Positions 49,318 to 58,700 of a stretch of DNA of 64,000 bases are shown piece by piece. Below the pieces are notes generated by a model. The model had not been told where the DNA came from, ran no database searches, and worked only from the letters and a program-made list of their open reading frames with translations. How positions within the stretch are numbered: position 1 is the first letter of the stretch; each line of letters begins with the position of its first letter. Position numbers and translations under genes: made by a program. This stretch comes from Candidatus Methylomirabilis sp. (GTDB lineage Bacteria > Oederibacteriota > PGYV01 > DYJU01), in contig DYJU01000001.1 of NCBI GenBank assembly GCA_020722985.1, positions 4,943 to 68,942 on the forward strand. Direction: 5' to 3'.

Positions 49318-51045
49318 ATGAATAAAATTCAGTTATTACCAGAAAATGTGGCAAACCAAATAGCAGCAGGTGAAGTAATTGTCAGGCCTGCATCCTGTGT
49401 TAAAGAACTTATTGAAAATTCAATAGATGCGAATGCGAAAAATATAAAAATAAACATAAAAAAAGCAGGCAGAAAACTAATAGAAGTTATTGATGATGGT
49501 TCTGGAATGAGTCATCAGGATGCCCAAATTGCATTTTTACGGCATGCGACAAGTAAAATAAGAAATACAAACGATCTTAATAATATTTCAACCTTTGGTT
49601 TCAGGGGGGAAGCGCTTGCTGCTATTTCTTCTGTTTCAAAGGTTGAAATTTTAACAAAAGATAGTGAAGCAGAAGAAGGTATTTTCCTTTATTTGGAATC
49701 AGGCAGGATAAAAAAAGAAGAAAAGGTGGCTTTAAATAAGGGAACCATAATAAGAGTAAAAGAACTTTTTTTTAATACTCCAGCACGCCTTAAATTTTTA
49801 AAATCAGATTATACAGAAGAAAATCATATAATAGAAACAGTAACCATGCTTGGACTTTCAAATGAAGGAATTTCTTTTACTCTAAAAATTGATGAAAAAG
49901 ATGTAATATATTTCCCGGCACAGATAAAATTAAAAGAAAGAATAAAAATCATATACGGATCAGAAATCTATAACTCGCTTTTAGAAATAAAAAATTTTTC
50001 AGATAATATAAAAATATATGGCTATATTGCAAAACCGGAAATTACAAAAACAACAAGGAATTTTATTAATATTTTTGTAAATCAAAGACCGGTTTCGGTG
50101 CGCAGCCTTTTATATGCAATATACGAAGGATATGGCACAACCATGATGAAAGGCAACTATCCTGTTGCATTTATTTTTATTGATATTAATCCGCAATTGA
50201 TTGATGTAAATGTTCATCCTGCAAAAGCAGAAATTAAATTTAAAGATGAAAGATCGGTTTTTAATAAAATAAAATATGCAATTTCTGAAGTTTTAAAAAG
50301 TTCTGAACTTACACCTGAGATTAACCTTGAAAAAGCCGGGAGAAAGCCAGAAATAGAAAATGCCATAAAAGAATACTTTGCCAGAGAAACGCCTGAAATG
50401 TTCCCTGATAATAAAAATGTTTTTGAAAAAAGTAAGGATACAGAGATAGTTTCCCGGAGAAGAAAGTTTTTTAATTATAAAATTTTAGGGCAATTACATA
50501 ATACATATATAATAGGTGAGGATGAAGAAAATTTAATTATCATTGACCAGCATGCCGCACATGAAAAGGTATTATTTGAGCAATTTATAAAAGAAGTGGA
50601 AGAAAAAAGGGTTAAAGTTCAGGAAATGTTAATTCCAGAAATAATAGAGTTAACCCCTGAAGAAAAAAATGTATTATTAAATAATATGGAAATTTTTAAC
50701 GAAATGGGATTTGAACTGGAACCTTTTGGAAAAAATCAATATAAGGTAACGGCACACCCTGTAATAATAAAAGAAAAAATAAACAGAGAATTTATCAAAG
50801 AAATTTTAGGAAATATAAAAGAAAAAGAAAAATCAGAAAAAAAAGAAATATTAAAAGATCTGATAGCAACCACCGCCTGTCGGGCAGCAGTTAAAGGAGG
50901 CGATATTTTAAAGGATGAAGAGATAGAGAATTTACTTACAGAATACTTTGAAATAGAAGATCCATTCAGCTGTCCGCATGGCAGACCACCTATAATTAAA
51001 ATTTCTTTTTCGGAAATTGAGAAAATGTTTAAAAGGAAAAAATAA
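49318..51045 (+). CDS. mutL: DNA mismatch repair protein MutL
   Basis: The N-terminal GHKL ATPase motifs are present (ANQIAAGEVIVRPASCVKELIENSIDA; DDGSGM; FGFRGEAL). The C-terminal dimerisation domain ends with a CPHGRP metal-binding motif. Confidence 0.85.
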   Translation: MNKIQLLPENVANQIAAGEVIVRPASCVKELIENSIDANAKNIKINIKKAGRKLIEVIDDGSGMSHQDAQIAFLRHATSKIRNTNDLNNISTFGFRGEALAAISSVSKVEILTKDSEAEEGIFLYLESGRIKKEEKVALNKGTIIRVKELFFNTPARLKFLKSDYTEENHIIETVTMLGLSNEGISFTLKIDEKDVIYFPAQIKLKERIKIIYGSEIYNSLLEIKNFSDNIKIYGYIAKPEITKTTRNFINIFVNQRPVSVRSLLYAIYEGYGTTMMKGNYPVAFIFIDINPQLIDVNVHPAKAEIKFKDERSVFNKIKYAISEVLKSSELTPEINLEKAGRKPEIENAIKEYFARETPEMFPDNKNVFEKSKDTEIVSRRRKFFNYKILGQLHNTYIIGEDEENLIIIDQHAAHEKVLFEQFIKEVEEKRVKVQEMLIPEIIELTPEEKNVLLNNMEIFNEMGFELEPFGKNQYKVTAHPVIIKEKINREFIKEILGNIKEKEKSEKKEILKDLIATTACRAAVKGGDILKDEEIENLLTEYFEIEDPFSCPHGRPPIIKISFSEIEKMFKRKK

Positions 51046-51049
51046 AGTT

Positions 51050-52009
51050 ATGCTTATCATTGTTGCGGGACCAACCGGCACCGGTAAATCAGAAATAGCG
51101 GTTGAACTTGCATTAAAATTAAATGGAGAAATAATATCAGCAGATTCAATGCAGATTTATAAAGGAATGGATATTGGAACTTTTAAAATAAAAAAAGAAG
51201 ATATGAAAGGAATAAAACATTATATGTTAGATGTGGTTTTGCCATCTGATAATTTTACAGCAGGTGATTTTAAAAAAATGGCTGAAAATTTTATTGATAA
51301 AATAAAAAGTAAAAAAAAAATACCTATAATTGCTGGTGGAACAGGTTTATATATTGACGCAATAATAAGGGGGCTTTTTGAATTTAAGAAAACAGACCAG
51401 AATTTAAGAAAAAAATTAAATGATATCTATAAAGAAAAGGGACTTGATTTTTTAGTGAATATGTTAAAAGAAAAAGATAAAGAAGCAATAAATTTAATAG
51501 ATATAAAAAATCCGAGGCGTGTGCTAAGAACGCTTGAAATAATTTTATCAGAGAATCTTAAATTCTCAGAGATAAGAAAAAAAACAGAAAAAACAAAATA
51601 TAAAGACAGTTATATTTTATTTGTTTTTTTTATGGATAGAAAAAAATTATACGAAAAAATTGAAAAAAGGGTAGAGGAAATGTTTGAAAATGGCTTAATA
51701 GATGAAGTAAATAACTTAATAAAAAGCGGAATTGATTTAAATACAACTTCCATGCAGGCAATTGGCTATAAAGAAATTATAGATACTTTTTATACGAAAA
51801 AAATAATGGATTTAAAAGAAAAAGTTAAAAAAGCAAAAGAAAAAATAAAAATAGCCACAAAAAATTATGCAAAAAGACAGATAACATGGTTTAGAAGATA
51901 TAAAGAAGCAATATGGATTGATGTCACTGATAGAAAAAAAGAAGATATGGTTCAAGAAATTTTATCAATTATAAAAGAAAAGGAGAAAAATGAAAAACAT
52001 ACTAATTAA
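51050..52009 (+). CDS. miaA: tRNA dimethylallyltransferase MiaA
   Basis: The track ORF starts at 51017, but the likely start is the ATG at 51050 (MLIIVAGPTGTGKSEIAVELA...ISADSMQIYKGMDIGT). This is the P-loop and DSMQ motif of MiaA. It lies immediately after mutL, which is the classic synteny. Confidence 0.85.
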   Translation: MLIIVAGPTGTGKSEIAVELALKLNGEIISADSMQIYKGMDIGTFKIKKEDMKGIKHYMLDVVLPSDNFTAGDFKKMAENFIDKIKSKKKIPIIAGGTGLYIDAIIRGLFEFKKTDQNLRKKLNDIYKEKGLDFLVNMLKEKDKEAINLIDIKNPRRVLRTLEIILSENLKFSEIRKKTEKTKYKDSYILFVFFMDRKKLYEKIEKRVEEMFENGLIDEVNNLIKSGIDLNTTSMQAIGYKEIIDTFYTKKIMDLKEKVKKAKEKIKIATKNYAKRQITWFRRYKEAIWIDVTDRKKEDMVQEILSIIKEKEKNEKHTN

Positions 52010-53264
52010 TAGAAATTTTTTACTTTTATGGTCAGGACAGATCTTTGAACAATTTGGTGATAGTTTAAATTTAATGGCTTTAATTGCCTGGGTTATAAAT
52101 TTTCATTCTAAAGAGGGAAGCAACGCTATGCATATGTCAATTTTAATGTTCTGGCTTGGACTACCTATAATACTTTTAGGACCATTTGCAGGTGTTTTTG
52201 TTGACAGAATTAAAAGAAAAACAATTTTACTTTTAGCCGCTGCAATCCGCGGCTCCCTGGTTTTTATTATGTTTTTAATAATTTCAGGAAAAGAAAATAC
52301 ATGGTCAGTATATTTAATTGTATTTTTTATATCAATTGTTACCCAATTTTTTATACCTGCAAAATCATCATTTATACCCGTAATTGTTGAGAAAGAAAAA
52401 CTTTTAATTGCAAATTCTCTTTCCGCAACAACAACAATAATCGTCCAGATATTCAGTTATGCTCTTGCCGGGATTATTATTGCTGAAATAGGTGTTGAAA
52501 AAACTTTGCTTATAAATGTATTTACTTACATCATTTCATTTACAACCCTTTCATTTATAAATGCGAGGGAAGAGATAAAAAAAGGAATCAATATTAAAAC
52601 TCAACAGATTTTTAATGAATTAAAAGAGGGTCTTTCTTTCATAAAACATCAGGAGGATATATTTTTTGTTGTTAGAAGAGTTTTTGTTTTAATGATTGTT
52701 ACTGGATTTTTTTATGTTGCATTTACAAGTTCATTTATTCAGGATGTAATAGATGCATCTCATATCAAAATGCAGAGTATAAAAGCAATAGGTTTTATGC
52801 AGTCATTTTTAGGATTCGGACTTGTTGCTGGTATATTTTTTATTGAAAAGGTGGCAAAAAGATTTTCGGCATTTAAATTGATACGATTTTTATTTCCATT
52901 ACTTGGTATTTTAGTGGTTGTTTTTTATTATGTTAAAAATTTTTATTATATGCTTTTTATGGCATTTTTTGCAGGCATTGCAGCTGTTGTTATATTGAGT
53001 ATTGCTGAAACACTTATTCAGAATAAAACGCCTGATAATTTACGCGGTAGAGTTTTTGCTGCATATTATGTATTAAGAAATATAGGAACAGTTATTGCTT
53101 CTGTTTTAACAGGACCTTTGACAATGATAATAAAAGAATCTTTAATAATTTTACTTTCGGGTTTGACACTTATTATTTATGCAATTATAAATATATTTGT
53201 AAAAATAAAAGATATAAAAACAGAGTTAAAAATAATTTTTAAAGGTGAACCATGGGTGAAATAA
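51990..53264 (+). CDS. Major facilitator superfamily transporter
   Basis: It has twelve predicted transmembrane helices arranged 6+6 with a central loop. Confidence 0.65.
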   Translation: MKNILINRNFLLLWSGQIFEQFGDSLNLMALIAWVINFHSKEGSNAMHMSILMFWLGLPIILLGPFAGVFVDRIKRKTILLLAAAIRGSLVFIMFLIISGKENTWSVYLIVFFISIVTQFFIPAKSSFIPVIVEKEKLLIANSLSATTTIIVQIFSYALAGIIIAEIGVEKTLLINVFTYIISFTTLSFINAREEIKKGINIKTQQIFNELKEGLSFIKHQEDIFFVVRRVFVLMIVTGFFYVAFTSSFIQDVIDASHIKMQSIKAIGFMQSFLGFGLVAGIFFIEKVAKRFSAFKLIRFLFPLLGILVVVFYYVKNFYYMLFMAFFAGIAAVVILSIAETLIQNKTPDNLRGRVFAAYYVLRNIGTVIASVLTGPLTMIIKESLIILLSGLTLIIYAIINIFVKIKDIKTELKIIFKGEPWVK

Positions 53265-53785
53265 AAGAAGTAAAAGAAGAAAAGTTAGTTATGGGTTTTA
53301 TATATAAAGAAGATGATATTTATTTAAAAGCAAAAGAAAAACTTATAGAAAAATTCGGGAATATTGACTTTGAAAGCAATAAGATATCTTTTATTCATAC
53401 GGATTATTATAATAAAGAAATAGGAGAAAATCTCTTAAAAAAATTTATCTCTTTTGAGAAATTTGTTTTGCCTGATATTCTGGCTGATATTAAACTTTTT
53501 ACAAATGATGTTGAAAAACAGTTTTTATATGAAGGAACAAATAAAAGAAAGATAAATATAGATCCTGGATTACTATCTCTTTCAAAGTTTATACTTGCCA
53601 CTACCAAAAATTATGACCACAGGATCTATATAGGTAAAGGAATATATGCAGAAGTTACTTTAAAATATACCCAAAAAGATTTCAAAGAATTTGAATGGAC
53701 CTATCCTGATTTTAGAACGGATGAATATAAAAATATATTAAAGATAATAAGAGAAATTTACAAAAAGCAGATAAATGTTTTATAA
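53252..53785 (+). CDS. Hypothetical cytoplasmic protein, 177 aa
   Basis: No diagnostic motif was found. It overlaps both neighbouring genes. Confidence 0.35.
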   Translation: MGEIKEVKEEKLVMGFIYKEDDIYLKAKEKLIEKFGNIDFESNKISFIHTDYYNKEIGENLLKKFISFEKFVLPDILADIKLFTNDVEKQFLYEGTNKRKINIDPGLLSLSKFILATTKNYDHRIYIGKGIYAEVTLKYTQKDFKEFEWTYPDFRTDEYKNILKIIREIYKKQINVL

Positions 53786-54992
53786 AGGTGATAAAATGAG
53801 ACGTAAATTAGAAAATTTAAAAAAAGAAATTTTAGAGGAATTTAACAGAGTTATTTCTTTCTGGATGGAAAATGTTATAGATTATAAAAATAGGGATTTT
53901 ATTGGTAAAATAAAAGCAGATGGAACAAAGGAAATGCAAAGTGAAAAATCTTTAATTTTGGCAACAAGAATACTATGGACATTTTCTAAATGTTATCAGA
54001 GATTTAAAGAAAATAAATATTTAGAAACAGCAGATATTTTATATGAATATATAAAAAATAATTTCGTTGATAAGGAGTATGGCGGACTTTACTGGATGTT
54101 GGATTATAATGGAAATGTTATTGATTCTACAAAAAAATTTTATGGGCAAAGTTTTGGTATATACTCATTTGTAGAATATGCAAAGGCATCAGGTAATAAG
54201 CAGGCAGTAGCAGATGCTTATGAAATATTTGATATTATTGAAAAGTATGGAAAAGATAAAGAAAATGGAGGATATATTGAATCAGCATCAAGGGATTTTT
54301 CTTTTATAAAAGACATGCGGCTTTCAGAAAGAGATATGAATGCACCTAAGAGTATGAATACGCATCTTCATATTTTAGAAGCATATTCAAACCTGGCAAA
54401 TTTTACAAAAGATGAAAAGGTCATAAAAGTATTAGAAGAAATAATTGAGATTTTTTTAGATAAGATTATGCAGAAAAATGGGCATTCAGGATTATTTTTT
54501 GATATGAAATGGAATTTGCTTTCTGATTTAATATCTTACGGACACGATATAGAAACGAGCTGGCTTTTAAAAGAAGCAGTAGAAAATTCAAATGATAAAG
54601 ATTTAAAAGAAAAGGTAATTTTATCTTCTATAAATTTAGCAGAAGTTTCAACAAAAGAAGCAATAGATAAAAAGGGTGGTATTTTATACGAAGGGGCTAG
54701 CAAAGGTCCATTTAAAACAAAAAAAGAATGGTGGATGCAGGTTGAAGCAATGGTTGGATATATGAATGCTTATCAAATGACAGATAAGGAAATATATATA
54801 GATAAATTATTAAATATATGGAAGTTCTGTAAGGAAAAATTCAGAACCCCTTATGGAGAATGGTATTATTTTGTTGATGAAAAAAACGAACCGGTAAAAG
54901 AAAGGGAAATTGCAGGTCCCTGGAAATGCCCGTATCATAGCATAAGGGCTTTTTTAGAGATAATGGAAAGGATTGAAAAGGTTTTTATTTAA
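53775..54992 (+). CDS. N-acylglucosamine 2-epimerase (AGE) superfamily protein, cellobiose/mannose epimerase-like
   Basis: It contains (alpha/alpha)6-barrel AGE motifs (GGLYWMLDYNGNVIDSTKKFYGQSFGIYSFVEYAKASG; DKENGGYIE). Confidence 0.65.
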   Translation: MFYKGDKMRRKLENLKKEILEEFNRVISFWMENVIDYKNRDFIGKIKADGTKEMQSEKSLILATRILWTFSKCYQRFKENKYLETADILYEYIKNNFVDKEYGGLYWMLDYNGNVIDSTKKFYGQSFGIYSFVEYAKASGNKQAVADAYEIFDIIEKYGKDKENGGYIESASRDFSFIKDMRLSERDMNAPKSMNTHLHILEAYSNLANFTKDEKVIKVLEEIIEIFLDKIMQKNGHSGLFFDMKWNLLSDLISYGHDIETSWLLKEAVENSNDKDLKEKVILSSINLAEVSTKEAIDKKGGILYEGASKGPFKTKKEWWMQVEAMVGYMNAYQMTDKEIYIDKLLNIWKFCKEKFRTPYGEWYYFVDEKNEPVKEREIAGPWKCPYHSIRAFLEIMERIEKVFI

Positions 54993-55105
54993 TATTTTAA
55001 AAAAATAATTTAGACTTTTTTGTTTTGTTTGCATTTTATAAAGTGTAACAGAATTTTAAAGGAAATGGGTAAAGTTAAAAACTGCCTTTATATTTCAGAA
55101 TAATA

Positions 55106-55428
55106 GTAATAGTTCAGACACCAGAAGTCCACCTGTAAAAGTGTGATTACTAGAAAGAAAATACATGGCTTTGGCATTCTTAGGAAGCCGAAATAAAAGT
55201 TAAGAAGGGAAAATAAGGGCATATGAGGCTTAAGGAAGCAATATGGCAGTTAAAAGCCAGAAGATGATAATGGAAGAAGGCATTTTGTGATAAAAGCAAG
55301 ATTGCTTTGTCAGGCGAGAGTTAAGGTGGAATAGAAGGCAGTGGTTATCATTCGCCTGACTTCGCAATGACAAAATGAAAAAATTTATATATGGACAAAA
55401 TTTATTCTGCCAGTGGCTAAAATATTAC
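55106..55428 (+). mobile_element. MITE-like TIR-bounded repeat, copy 9
   Basis: It starts GTAATAGTTCAGACACCAGAAGT and ends CTGCCAGTGGCTAAAATATTAC. Confidence 0.65.
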
Positions 55429-55439
55429 AAAAAGAAGTC

Positions 55440-55462
55440 CCTTCTCCCCAGAGGGGAGAAGG
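55440..55462 (+). terminator. GC-rich perfect hairpin (10-bp stem, 3-nt loop) followed by a G/T-rich tract. It may be a terminator or RNA stability element.
   Basis: The hairpin ccttctcccc-aga-ggggagaagg sits immediately 3' of repeat copy 9. Confidence 0.3.
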
Positions 55463-55503
55463 ATAGGATGAGGGGGTTTTGTTGTTGCGGTTAAAATTTT
55501 TTC

Positions 55504-55531
55504 TTGACAGGGAGTTGAATTGGTGTAAAAT
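55504..55531 (+). promoter_or_regulatory. Promoter-like TTGACA, 16-bp spacer, TAAAAT upstream of the giant NHL-repeat gene
   Basis: The sequence is ttgacagggagttgaattggtgtaaaat. It lies about 230 bp upstream of the proposed start. Confidence 0.3.
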
Positions 55532-55757
55532 AAATTTAATAAAAAAAAGAGATATAACTTACTTTGTGGCTTCTTACCTGTAGGGCAAGAAAAATCTCTT
55601 TTCCCTATGGAGGGGTTTTGAATTGGAAATAAAAAATTTATTTTTAAAATTTATAGGGACATACAGGAATAATTTATACCCATGGAACAACGTTTTATAT
55701 ACTTTTAAAAATATAATACTGTATGAAATAGACTCAGTTTTAAAATGGGTTAAAAAT

Positions 55758-58700
55758 TTGAAAAAGGTATTTTTTATAATAACCTACCTGAGTCTTTATT
55801 TCGTTTTTATTTTAACTCCTTCTTCTGTTCTGGCTGATTCTAATGATAATATATATATTCCCTGTGATGCTGATTTTACAAAAAAACTTGATTTAATGGT
55901 GAATTGTTCGCTTCATGGAAAAGACGAAAGAAGGTATTATTTAAAGATTATAAATCGCAATAACGAGGCAATAGATATAAGGGATATAAATCTTGCAATC
56001 AAATTATGGCTGTATGAACCTGAACTCTGGTGTATAACATTAACCGGTCAGAATGGTGAAGTTTATGATGGTAATGGCAACCGCATAAATGCAATGCAGA
56101 TAGAATCAAATAATTTTTGTTCTTTTGTTTCAAAAGAAATATTTATAGAAGACAAAAATCACAAATCAAATCAGGAAGGATCATCTTTTATTATTTATAA
56201 ATCAGGAGTTGCCACCATACCTGCAGGTGGCTGGGTTCAGGGATTTGAAATATTCATAACATCAAAGTGTAATTTTCTAAAACCAGCTGAGAACAGGCAG
56301 AAAATTTATTATGCATATCTTCCAGATAATATGAAAAACAAGGAACAGACAGTAATTCCTGGAGGGATGTATGAAGCCAGTGGGAGAATTATTCTGGCAT
56401 CAAACAATGGTTATGTTAAATGGCGGGATGATGATAAAGAAACGTGTTATGGGATTTTTGATGATTATTCTGGTATTCCATCAAACCAGGGAAAAAGCAA
56501 TGGAAATATAATGGGTCCATATTATGACGACCATCATTTTGCTTTGTATTCAGGAAGTTCACTTATAGGAGAAATAAAAAAGTATGGCAAAATAGATCCT
56601 GAAACAGGGTTGCCTCCTGGTGCTGCATTATGTATGCCTGCTATAACGCATACCCCGGCGTTTACAATAACAGCAACTTGCACAATTACACCAACTCTTA
56701 CTGCAACGCTGACAGAAAATGTGTTTAACTGTCCTCCGAAAAAACATAGATGGCATCCATGCGGACTTGTTTGCGAAGCAGTTACTAGGAATTGTGAAGA
56801 AGATGACGACGACGATGACTGCGATGATGACGGTTGCAGGGATGATGACTGTTTTTCTGCGGGCTCAGACTGTAAAAAGTGCGGGGATGGATGTGAAAAA
56901 AGTAAATGCAAACATAAGTGTGGGAAACATGGTTCTTACATAAAATTGACATGGCACGCAGCCTATAAAGGGATATTCAGAAATCCAGATTATTACGAGG
57001 TTTATAGAGCGTTATCAGAAGCAGGACCATTTAATTTAGTTTTTATTGTTCCGGGAAAATCAGGAAGCATTCATCATCAGATTGTAACTGTTTATGATAA
57101 GCCTGGTGACGGGTACTGGTGTTATAAGGTAAGGGCTGTAAAGAAGGAATGTAAAAAAGGGTGTAAAAAATGTAAAAAGAAATACAGTAATTTTACAAAT
57201 ATATGTTGTGCAGCAACAGGAGTGGTAGATTCACCAACAATAACACCAACTATATCCTTTACTGCAACCAATATTTTAAGTCCAACTTTTACAATGACAC
57301 AGACTTCTTCAGACACAGAGACACTTACTGCAACGCCTACTGTTACAATTACAGTTACATACACAATAACGCGGACAATGACGGAAACAATAACTCCGAC
57401 AATCACTTATACAATAACTCCGACAATTACGGAGACCGTAACTCCTACTGTAACACAAACAGTAACCCGAACAGTTACACAAACCATAACGAAGACTGTA
57501 ACGTCAACAATTACACCTACGATATCGCCTACCATAACAGAAAGCATAACACAGACCATAACAGCAACAATAACGCAAACAGTGACGCCTACAATAACTG
57601 AAACAATAACACCAACAGTAACGACAACGATAACAGAGACAATAACGCGGACAATGACGGAAACAATAACTCCGACAATTACTTATACAATAACTCCGAC
57701 AATCACGGAGACCGTAACGCCTACTGTAACACAAACAGCAACCCGAACAGTTACACAAACCATAACGAAGACTGTAACGTCAACAATTACACCTACGATA
57801 TCGCCTACCATAACAGAAAGCATAACACAGACCATAACAGCAACAATAACGCAAACAGTGACGCCTACAATAACAGAAAGCGTGACGCCTACCATAACTG
57901 AAACAATAACACCAACAGTAACGCAAACAATGACAGAGACAGTAACAGAGACAGTAACTCAGACAATAACATCATCAATAACTCAAACAATTACACCAAC
58001 TATTACAGTGACTTTTACGCCGGTTAGTGAAATTTGTCTTAAATTTGCAGAAAAATGGGGAGTTGACCTTTCACTATTGTTTGGGGCAATTGCATATTAT
58101 ACGGGAGAACAGGGATATATTGTGCCTATTGGAGCAGGATACGGGCAGGATGGGAATATATACGTATCAATAACCGGATATATACCTGTAACAGGTGTTT
58201 ATGAAATATTAATAAACGAGTATCCCCGGCTGGCGCCGCTCATAGAAAGCATGGGGCTGGCAGATATTTACATAGATCAGGTTGTCGTGCTTAATAAGGA
58301 TGGAAAAGTTATAAAGCAATGGGGTAAACATGGAAGTGAACCGGGTGAGTTTAATATTCCAGGAACAATTGCAATATCTCCAGATGGGTTAGTATATGTA
58401 TGGGATTTTGGTAACAATCGTATTCAGATATTTAATACGGATGGAGATTATATAAGAGAAATACCCGGGAGTGGTTCGGGCCCTGGTTCAACACCTCAAA
58501 TTCAGGATTATTTTCCAATTGGAATAGCATTTGATAATTTGGGGTATATTTATATAGCAGATGGATATAGCACAGTTATGAAATTTACACCAGAAGGTGA
58601 TCCTGTTAATGGGCAGTGGCCAGTCGGTAGTTTTGGGAGTGAGACTGAACAATTTATGTATCCAGGTAGTCTTGCTATAGGTGAGGATAATAAAATTTTT

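Noticed and set aside
4618-55428. Whether the nine dispersed repeats are a CRISPR array
   Set aside because: The units are about 320 bp and separated by whole genes 1 to 20 kb apart. There is no regular short repeat-spacer periodicity and no cas gene.
55584-55757. Alternative upstream start for the giant gene (TTG at 55623, preceded by GGAGG)
   Set aside because: It would place the hydrophobic signal peptide about 45 residues from the N-terminus. The TTG at 55758 directly before MKKVFFIITYLSL... gives a canonical signal peptide, although its ribosome-binding site is weak. This is left as uncertain rather than as a separate gene.
56534-57895. Several short ORFs on both strands (56534-56911 -, 56719-56943 +, 57122-57406 -, 57203-57601 +, 57504-57758 -, 57683-57895 -)
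   Set aside because: All lie inside the giant NHL-repeat gene in its Cys/Asp-rich and TxT-repeat regions. They are off-frame or antisense products of low-complexity coding sequence.
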